This document shows positions 48,371 to 55,177 of a stretch of 55,177 nt of DNA, piece by piece. Every line of letters begins with the position of its first letter. The stretch's first letter is position 1. The notes under the pieces are model-generated. The model was not told the DNA's origin. It did not search any database and saw only the letters and a list, made by a program, of their open reading frames with translations. This stretch comes from a virus (lineage: Duplodnaviria; Caudoviricetes), in IMG/VR virus record IMGVR_UViG_3300023175_000047, positions 1 to 55,177 of that record; one strand, 5' to 3'. The position numbers and the translations under genes are program-made.

Positions 48371-49795
48371 ATGAGTAAAATACTCTCAATCGCCAAACTG
48401 TATACGGATCTCAACCGTAAATATGTTGGTGAAACCTTTCGTGGCCTTTCATTCAACAATTCATATGTGGATGCAGGAATCATCGGTGTCGATGATATCA
48501 CTCATGCAGATACAGTTGTTGATAATACCGCAGTTCGTTTTGGCTTGACAAAAGATGTGACTGAAGGTGACATCTTTATCTACAATCCAGAACAACTTAA
48601 GTTCACAAATAAAAACATTGATGAATATATCAGCACAGAATTTGAAGTTCCCTATGTGCTGACTGACCTTCAGATTTCGGATGCCTCAAACACTGGTCAA
48701 TATCTAACATCTGACGCAAATGGAAACTTCTCCTTTGCTTCTGTTAGTTACTCTTCATTGACCGACCATCCATTCATACCTGACCGCTTGACAGACCTTT
48801 CAGATTTTGAAGATGGAGACACAAGCAACACGGTTCTGCACACAGACGCAAATGGCGTTTTTTCCTTTAAATCTCTCTCATATGAGCATCTGGTTGACCA
48901 GCCGTCAATACCAGCGACCTTGACAGATTTGAGCATTCTGGACAGCACATCCAACACATACCTCACCACGAATGGTGGAGGAGTGTTCAGCTTCGAGACC
49001 ATTGACTACACTCATCTGTCAAATCAACCAAGCATTCCCTCTGTTCTGACTGACTTGAGCATTTCAGATGGGTCTGCGAACATGGTCCTGACAACAGACG
49101 GAGCAGGCTTTTTCTCATTTGAAGAAATTGACTATAATAATCTGACCAACACACCAAACATACCATCTGGTGGTTCTGATACATATGAATTTCTCACAAC
49201 AGACAGTGAAGGAAATTTATTATTAAATTCGATTAATTACAACAACGTTGTTGACACACCTTCGATACCTTCGAGTCTTCTTGATCTTGGAATTGTCGAT
49301 GGAGCAGCAAACACGGTTCTGACAACGGATGCGAATGGTAACTTCAACTTTGTTGACATTCACTTAGGAAATGACTATAATGACTTAGCAAACAAACCTA
49401 CTATACCTGTTGATTTGTTTGACTTAGGTGTTGATGTCAATGTTGTAGCAAACAGTTTTCTTTCAACGGACGGAAATGGTGAATTCTATTTTGCGAATGT
49501 TCAATACAGTCACATTCAAGGTTTACCATTCATACCAACAAAGCTGACAGAACTAAATATAGAAGACGGTGAGACTGCTAATCTTGTGTTGACAACAGAC
49601 GCAAATGGAAGTTTCACATTTAGTTCTGTGAATTATTCCGATCTTCAGAACACACCGGATGAAGAAATTGCCAACACGATTTCAAGCCTAAGTAATTCAA
49701 CAAACACAATGGTCACTTCGCTTGAAACAGATATGAACAACAAGATGGCAATTCTTGAAGAAGAAGCATTTATCAACTCAATTATATTTGGCTAA
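48371..49795 (+). CDS. Repeat-rich fibre shaft protein
   Basis: About 9 repeats of about 38 aa: IP-LTDL-I-DG-N-VLTTDANG-F-F-Y-L-P; ends NSIIFG. Confidence 0.85.
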   Translation: MSKILSIAKLYTDLNRKYVGETFRGLSFNNSYVDAGIIGVDDITHADTVVDNTAVRFGLTKDVTEGDIFIYNPEQLKFTNKNIDEYISTEFEVPYVLTDLQISDASNTGQYLTSDANGNFSFASVSYSSLTDHPFIPDRLTDLSDFEDGDTSNTVLHTDANGVFSFKSLSYEHLVDQPSIPATLTDLSILDSTSNTYLTTNGGGVFSFETIDYTHLSNQPSIPSVLTDLSISDGSANMVLTTDGAGFFSFEEIDYNNLTNTPNIPSGGSDTYEFLTTDSEGNLLLNSINYNNVVDTPSIPSSLLDLGIVDGAANTVLTTDANGNFNFVDIHLGNDYNDLANKPTIPVDLFDLGVDVNVVANSFLSTDGNGEFYFANVQYSHIQGLPFIPTKLTELNIEDGETANLVLTTDANGSFTFSSVNYSDLQNTPDEEIANTISSLSNSTNTMVTSLETDMNNKMAILEEEAFINSIIFG

Positions 49796-49799
49796 TTAA

Positions 49800-50144
49800 A
49801 TGGCGAATAAATTACTTTCAAAAACATATAACGGTGACCTCAATTATTCAGTTGCTCTGGACAAGGCAAACATCTACACTGTTCCAGAAAACACAACTGC
49901 AATTGTTCTTGGCTTCTCGTTGTCAAATCTAACTGATGATATTCTGACCACTTCTGTTCATTACACCGATGATGATGCCGGACAAGAAGTTCATGTTCTG
50001 AAAGATGTTGCAATGGCTGCCGGATCAACACTCGAAATAATGAATGGAAATAAAATGATATTGAATGCGAATGATGTGATTTCTGTCAGTGCTGACACTT
50101 CAAATTCATTCGATGCTATTCTTTCACTCGTAGAACAATCATAG
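49800..50144 (+). CDS. Small tail-associated protein, paralogue of 48015..48365
   Basis: IYTVP-TAIVLG-LSN...GSTLE-GNK-L-D. Confidence 0.82.
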   Translation: MANKLLSKTYNGDLNYSVALDKANIYTVPENTTAIVLGFSLSNLTDDILTTSVHYTDDDAGQEVHVLKDVAMAAGSTLEIMNGNKMILNANDVISVSADTSNSFDAILSLVEQS

Positions 50145-50151
50145 GAAAAAA

Positions 50152-50427
50152 ATGGATTATACTGTTTCACTTACAAACACTGAAGACCAAGCACTTTCTT
50201 TTGTAGCGTTGAGTCAGCAAGATTGGATTGACAATGTAGTTAAAAATCGAGCACGAATTGCAGTTGATGAAATCGTCAAGATTGCTGTTGAAAAATATAT
50301 TGAAGTGGGCGAATCAATGCCTGGCTCAAAGGATGAAATTGTTGCGGCTGCCTTTGAACGAGGCTGGATCAAAACTGCTGCCGTTCGAAACGCTGAAGCA
50401 GAGGCTGCTCGAGAAGAGATGCCATGA
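50152..50427 (+). CDS. Small helical protein typical of T4-like fibre clusters
   Basis: YT-LT-TE-AL-A-Q-WIDN-NRARIA-DEI motif. Confidence 0.8.
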   Translation: MDYTVSLTNTEDQALSFVALSQQDWIDNVVKNRARIAVDEIVKIAVEKYIEVGESMPGSKDEIVAAAFERGWIKTAAVRNAEAEAAREEMP

Positions 50428-50780
50428 GAAGAATCGGCTCTCTTCCAAAAATCTCACCAGTTCAAGTTTCATCTGAAAGAATTTCATTGAGAGGAAGATT
50501 TGCCGACACTTCTGAACCTGAGAACTATATATTCTTTCTCAATCGTTCATACACACCTGGATTTATAAGAGTTTTTGTCAACAAAAAACAATTGACTGAA
50601 GATGAATACATTGCGGCAAATGGAAAAGACATACGAATTCCTCGCACATTTTCACTTCGCAAAAATGACTTGATTGAAATCTATACAGATGGTGTGGAAA
50701 AAATGACAAAGTTTGGAAGATATTCATCGTATCGTGTTGTTGATACAATCAATCGTTTAAGAACAATCACACAATCGTAA
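50424..50780 (+). CDS. Hypothetical structural protein
   Basis: ATGA overlap; YTPG-I-VFVN-L-EY-A-NG-I...D-IEI resembles the loop-repeat domain in 38839 and 53232. Confidence 0.72.
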   Translation: MRRIGSLPKISPVQVSSERISLRGRFADTSEPENYIFFLNRSYTPGFIRVFVNKKQLTEDEYIAANGKDIRIPRTFSLRKNDLIEIYTDGVEKMTKFGRYSSYRVVDTINRLRTITQS

Positions 50781-50783
50781 GCA

Positions 50784-51407
50784 ATGGGAACATTAAGCAT
50801 TGACGGAAAAACATTATTCACAAGTGCGGAGTCAGGCTTACTTCAGCAACACTTTCGAACTACTCATCGACATTTTCGTCTTGAAGGTGTTGACGCACCC
50901 ATTTCAGGTGATGCTGAAAGAGGTCAACTAGCAATCTATGAAGGTGAGAACAATCTGTGGAGCATCACAGATCAGGGTTATGTTTCATCACCCAACATTC
51001 CTGCCTTCTATGTTTATCGGTCTGGTGGCGCAAGTATAACTTCGGGAAACTTTCCTTTTCCTGAAGTGAGATTGAACAACGGTAATCATTATAACACTTC
51101 AAATTATCGATTCAGCGCACCAATCAAAGGCATTTACTGTTTTTTGGCAAGCGCACTTCATCGACAGCATACAACAAATGGTTCAGCAGAAATAACTTTT
51201 TTCAAAAATGATGCGGCAATAAATTCAAGAGGATTTGGTTATTCTTATTTTGGTCAGACATCAGCAAATTATCATGAACAAGTCTTTATAAGTTTAACAA
51301 TTGACCTTGAACCTGGTGACTATATCACCTTTGGTATTCACGCAAATTCAGGCGATTGGTATTATGGTGATAATCTTGGATACTTTTCTGGACATCTCTT
51401 AGGATAA
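50784..51407 (+). CDS. C1q-like fibre tip protein
   Basis: PAF-V...F-V-LNNG-HY-S-RF-AP-G-Y-F...L-L-GDY...FSG-LLG. Confidence 0.82.
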   Translation: MGTLSIDGKTLFTSAESGLLQQHFRTTHRHFRLEGVDAPISGDAERGQLAIYEGENNLWSITDQGYVSSPNIPAFYVYRSGGASITSGNFPFPEVRLNNGNHYNTSNYRFSAPIKGIYCFLASALHRQHTTNGSAEITFFKNDAAINSRGFGYSYFGQTSANYHEQVFISLTIDLEPGDYITFGIHANSGDWYYGDNLGYFSGHLLG

Positions 51408-51409
51408 TT

Positions 51410-51937
51410 ATGGCAAATATTGTATTACATAATAAGACTGTCATATCACAGCAAGGATTTGAAGAGCCAGTCATTACACCAAATGTAATTTTTCCTTCAG
51501 GTCATATTGTTTCAAATATAATGATTCGAAGCAGTGAACAAATATCAATATCTGATTCAAATACAAGAAAGTTATTTGGTGGAAATTTTGAAAAGAAAAG
51601 ACATGATACAGATATTTTTGCAACCTGTACAGTTTTTGGTGCTTATTATTATTCCGGAAACTGCGGTGTAGGACTTTGTTTAAATGATCAATGGGACCAT
51701 GGTGTTGCTTATCAATATGATGGTCAATGGAATCGAGATGACCAGACTACAATTATTGTTGGAAGTTGTCTTTGGTCAAATGTTCAAAAGGGAGATTGTC
51801 GAATTGATTTTGGGTGGAATACATATAACGGTTCTTCAGGTGATAAACCCTTTTTATATCTAAATCCAAATCATGAGCGTGATGCTCGAAATCAACAAAT
51901 GAGTTCAAGTATAATTGTTTATGAGGTAATGCCATGA
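51410..51937 (+). CDS. Small fibre tip / beta-sandwich protein
   Basis: FPSGHIV N-terminal motif and SSI-VYEV terminus; precedes a chaperone-like gene. Confidence 0.72.
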   Translation: MANIVLHNKTVISQQGFEEPVITPNVIFPSGHIVSNIMIRSSEQISISDSNTRKLFGGNFEKKRHDTDIFATCTVFGAYYYSGNCGVGLCLNDQWDHGVAYQYDGQWNRDDQTTIIVGSCLWSNVQKGDCRIDFGWNTYNGSSGDKPFLYLNPNHERDARNQQMSSSIIVYEVMP

Positions 51938-52314
51938 ATCTTACATATACACTTAATGAATTTTATCCTGGCCAATGGTATCCATTTCATTCACCAACAG
52001 ATACAATTGATGACTATTCATACATTCATTGGCGTATTGAAAATCCTCCATCAAAAGAAGAGGTAGAAGAAAAAATCCAAGAGATGAGAGAACAACACGC
52101 ATTTGCTTTATGCCGTGAAAAAAGAAATTCTCTTCTCACAGAAACTGATTGGGAAGTTCAAAGAAATTCTGAGCGAAATATTTCAGACCAGGCTTTGATT
52201 GACTATCGTAATGCTCTTCGTGATTTGTTTCAAGAAATTACTCAGGGTAACATTCCTGCTCCAACACTCAACGAGAAGAATGAATTAGTTTTTGACCACT
52301 GGCCAGAAAGATAG
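51934..52314 (+). CDS. Phage tail fibre assembly chaperone
   Basis: R-KRN-LL-ETDW...YR-ALRDL...WP motif. Confidence 0.82.
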   Translation: MNLTYTLNEFYPGQWYPFHSPTDTIDDYSYIHWRIENPPSKEEVEEKIQEMREQHAFALCREKRNSLLTETDWEVQRNSERNISDQALIDYRNALRDLFQEITQGNIPAPTLNEKNELVFDHWPER

Positions 52315-52321
52315 AACTTCT

Positions 52322-52329
52322 GATAAATA
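52322..52329 (+). promoter_or_regulatory. Late-promoter variant GATAAATA
   Basis: Intergenic, one mismatch to consensus, about 45 nt before 52373. Confidence 0.55.
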
Positions 52330-52372
52330 TATAAGTTACATACATTTTTTACAAGTAAGATTATAAGGATAA

Positions 52373-52594
52373 ATGGCAGTTAGTCAAGCTAAACAGAAAT
52401 CTGTGATCGTTGGAATCAATTCAAAAACATTTTCAAATGATGTGGAAGTTCCGCTCAATTACTCTGCTATTCTCAGTGGTCCTGTTTCTGTGCCAAATGC
52501 TACAATTGAAGGCACACTCAATGTAATTGGTCAACTCGATGTTTCAGCGAATCTTGTGATAGGCGAACACGGTACACTTAACATGACAGGATGA
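52373..52594 (+). CDS. Small tail-associated beta protein
   Basis: AAGGA SD; N-T-D-VP-YSA-GPV motif. Confidence 0.72.
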   Translation: MAVSQAKQKSVIVGINSKTFSNDVEVPLNYSAILSGPVSVPNATIEGTLNVIGQLDVSANLVIGEHGTLNMTG

Positions 52595-52595
52595 A

Positions 52596-53222
52596 ATGGC
52601 AGCAAATCTAACAATCGATGGAACAGAAGTATTTGTAAAAGAGAATGGTGTCATTCGTTATTTGTTTCCTGGTCCTCATCACACTTTCACAGTTCGTGCT
52701 GAACATCATCCAGTTTCTGGCGTCACAAATGCCGATTCGGATAACACAACATCAGATCAATTCACAATTTATGCTGGTGAGAATAAAGTTTGGGGAGTTT
52801 CAGATGAAGGTTATGTCTACAATCGTAGACCAGCCTTTCAAGTCGCAGGAACACAACACTTAGCAAGTGCAAATCTTCGTAACTGGCGAACAGTAATTTG
52901 TAATGATGGCGATCATTTTGATAATAAAAAAGGAATTTTTACAGCACCAATCACAGGAACTTATTACTTTATACTGTCTTTCACAGGTCAAGATAGCACC
53001 GCACCAATTTACCCAAGATTCTATATCAACAATACTGAATACTCACCTAACATGAGTCAAATGCATGTTGATGCGGGTCCAGGAGATGGTGCTGATGTTC
53101 AATCGAACATAACAATCTTCTTACTTAAAAACTTAGATGCGGGAGATTATACTTCAGTGCGAGTGCATAGTAATTCGACATTTTACCCAGATGGTATTAT
53201 TTTCGCAGGATGGTTATTCTAA
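52596..53222 (+). CDS. C1q-like fibre tip protein, paralogue of 50784..51407
   Basis: Shared L-IDG-F and IY-GEN-W-D-GYV N-part; PAF...FTAPITGTYYF...LDAGDY...FAGWL head. Confidence 0.82.
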   Translation: MAANLTIDGTEVFVKENGVIRYLFPGPHHTFTVRAEHHPVSGVTNADSDNTTSDQFTIYAGENKVWGVSDEGYVYNRRPAFQVAGTQHLASANLRNWRTVICNDGDHFDNKKGIFTAPITGTYYFILSFTGQDSTAPIYPRFYINNTEYSPNMSQMHVDAGPGDGADVQSNITIFLLKNLDAGDYTSVRVHSNSTFYPDGIIFAGWLF

Positions 53223-53231
53223 AGGCAAACT

Positions 53232-54674
53232 ATGGCATTTATTGGAGCACCTTCCCCAGCTGAAAGCAAGATTCTCACCACCATCGAACCTAATCGTCGA
53301 CAGTATTTGGGAGATGGTGAGCAAACCGTTTTTGCGGTTGACTATTACGAAAACTTTGTTCTTGTCTTTCAGAATGGTATCAAGCTCACAGAAAATTTAG
53401 ATTACGAAATAGGTCAAGACAGTAAGCACATTCGTTTTATTGTTGCTCCAGAAATGAATGATACAATTGATTTGTATGGAACAATTGATATCGCAAACAC
53501 TGAGAATCGAACCATCTATAGTAATACATCTTTTACTACCTTCACTTCTCTTACAGATGTCGATACTCTTTCAGCTACAGACAATCAAGTTCTAACAACA
53601 GATGCAAATGGCTATTTCTATTTTCGAGATACAACGCTCAATGAATTAACTGATGTCAATTCTACAGCAAACATTGATCAAGTTTTAGTTGCTGGCGCAA
53701 ATAATCATTTTCATTTTCGAGACACAACATTTAGTAAATTGACTGATGTTAATCTTTCAATGTCATCAGCACAATACTTGACAGGCGATGCAAATGGATA
53801 CTTCTTTGCGAACACTGAATTCAAAAATTTAGTTGATGTTAATTCTACAGCAAACAATGGTCAAATTTTAGTTGCGGACGGTTCTGGTAACTTCTTTTTT
53901 GAAGACAAGGTGACAAGTCTTGCTGACTTTGATATGACATCAATGGCAAATAATAGTATTGATGCGAATAAATTAGTCGATGGAAGTTTGACGAATACAA
54001 ATTTTACTGCGAATTCAATTAGCGGTGAAAACATTTCTGATACTTCAATCACTGAAAACAAAATTAGTGGAACAATCTCAGGTGTGAAACTTACAGATGC
54101 TTCCGTTCCATTGTCAAAATTGAGTGAAACCTTTTTATCTAATATATCGTCAATAGAATTTAAAGATGGTGCTAATAGCCCTGTAGGTATAAAAGCTGAT
54201 AATGACACAATGATCTTGAATGCATCTGATACCAATCGAATCATAATGGATCAAAGTGGTAATTTTTATCCTGCCGTAAATGGTGAACCATCATTAGGAC
54301 TTGTAGATAATAAATGGAACAATTTACATGTTAATCACATTTATCCATCGTATGAAAGATTTAATGATAGCTCAGGGAATATATATGCTAATGGTAGTTG
54401 GTACACAATACTAGGAGGATTGAATGGTCATCAAATCTTTGATATATCCGTTTCAGTAGCATATAGTGGTTTACATACTACTGGTGTAATTCGTGTGTCT
54501 GTTACTTATGCTCAAGGAATAATTTTTAAACAAACATCAGGAGCTGGTTGGTCCGGTGATGTTGAAGCAAGAATTACAGGAACAACATACGATTATAATA
54601 TTGAACTAAGACATACTACTAGTCAATCAAATGACAAATACATCTACTGGCGAGCTAAAAGAATAGGAACATAG
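53232..54674 (+). CDS. Tail fibre-like protein
   Basis: MAFIG start; GDGEQT-F...VFQNG-KL-DY domain; L-DV-QVL-DANG-F-F repeats; 10-aa D-SI-KL repeats; P-LG-KW-L joint. Confidence 0.82.
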   Translation: MAFIGAPSPAESKILTTIEPNRRQYLGDGEQTVFAVDYYENFVLVFQNGIKLTENLDYEIGQDSKHIRFIVAPEMNDTIDLYGTIDIANTENRTIYSNTSFTTFTSLTDVDTLSATDNQVLTTDANGYFYFRDTTLNELTDVNSTANIDQVLVAGANNHFHFRDTTFSKLTDVNLSMSSAQYLTGDANGYFFANTEFKNLVDVNSTANNGQILVADGSGNFFFEDKVTSLADFDMTSMANNSIDANKLVDGSLTNTNFTANSISGENISDTSITENKISGTISGVKLTDASVPLSKLSETFLSNISSIEFKDGANSPVGIKADNDTMILNASDTNRIIMDQSGNFYPAVNGEPSLGLVDNKWNNLHVNHIYPSYERFNDSSGNIYANGSWYTILGGLNGHQIFDISVSVAYSGLHTTGVIRVSVTYAQGIIFKQTSGAGWSGDVEARITGTTYDYNIELRHTTSQSNDKYIYWRAKRIGT

Positions 54675-54686
54675 GAGAAATACTTT

Positions 54687-54995
54687 ATGGGATTACAAGT
54701 TACTAAAAAAATAGCAGGGCGAGAACAGAGTCTTTATTTGAAGATTGATGCTTTAGTAGGTAATAAAAATCATACTGAAGTTGTAGCAAACTATTATTGG
54801 GATCGAGATGTATCTGCCTTTATGTCAAATGCTTTATCCAGTGAGAGATTTCCGATGCACTTTGAGCGAAACTCAGAGGGTAATCCTTTTGCCATTGCTT
54901 ATGAAAAATTGAAAGAATACTTAACTGTAATGAATATACCATTTAGTGATATAGATAGTCCAACAGAAGAGCCACTTTCAACACTGTCGGAGTAA
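54687..54995 (+). CDS. Small protein, possibly a fibre chaperone
   Basis: AGGAG SD; MGL...YLKI...N-AYE-LK pattern. Confidence 0.72.
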   Translation: MGLQVTKKIAGREQSLYLKIDALVGNKNHTEVVANYYWDRDVSAFMSNALSSERFPMHFERNSEGNPFAIAYEKLKEYLTVMNIPFSDIDSPTEEPLSTLSE

Positions 54996-54996
54996 A

Positions 54997-55177
54997 ATGG
55001 CAAGTAAAGCTAGAGATTTCGCAAGATTAGCAAGAAGACTGAATGTAGCAGTTGACTTGGCAGATGAACGAGTTTATCTGAGAGATATAAACTTTGATTC
55101 ATCTTCAAGCAATGATACCATTCAAAATATGGTCACAGATAATCTGACTCTTGTGAATCTACAAGATGTCGAACCTG
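54997..55177 (+). CDS. Partial CDS, probably a structural protein, running off the window
   Basis: GGAG SD; MASKARDFARLARRLN... stays open to the window end. Confidence 0.7.
   Translation, partial: MASKARDFARLARRLNVAVDLADERVYLRDINFDSSSSNDTIQNMVTDNLTLVNLQDVEP

Noticed and set aside
50784-53222. Diversity-generating retroelement acting on the C1q-like paralogues
   Set aside because: No reverse transcriptase in the window and no near-identical TR/VR pair differing only at adenines was seen; the paralogues differ throughout
4440-54244. Numerous short alternative-frame and antisense ORFs, e.g. 17445 AEAEAE, 31781 poly-Gly, 36197
   Set aside because: Fully nested in long, motif-bearing genes; explained by codon bias and microsatellites
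1-55177. Stop-codon reassignment
   Set aside because: Standard-code ORFs tile the window densely, TAA, TAG and TGA all end plausible genes, and the split genes are not joined by simple readthrough
1-55177. tRNA or rRNA genes
   Set aside because: Intergenic gaps are short and no cloverleaf or T-loop signature was seen by eye

Overview
AT-rich segment of a large T4-like myophage, covering the late structural region. The left end (1-3.2 kb) has small ORFs, a sigma70-type early promoter, a free-standing HNH/NUMOD3 endonuclease and a gp13-like neck gene on the minus strand. From 3257 onward everything plausible is on the plus strand. It includes a VrlC/DUF4815-like giant structural protein, many fibre or baseplate-appendage proteins (Ig-like repeat chains, two S74-chaperone fibres, two gp9/gp10-type connector fibres, C1q-like tips, a tail assembly chaperone) and an embedded four-gene cassette (propeller-like protein, coiled-coil protein, U32-type Fe-S enzyme fused to a SAM methyltransferase, DUF401-like membrane protein). 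Three observations stand out. (1) Two Ig-like repeats are split across adjacent genes: the first strands end one ORF and the rest of the domain resumes in the middle of the next ORF, after new N-terminal domains and a poly-Gly or poly-Pro linker. (2) Nested domain-within-domain insertions occur in several fibres. (3) A candidate hydroxylation/methylation cassette sits inside the fibre operon. All family calls come from motif recognition by eye, not from database searches.
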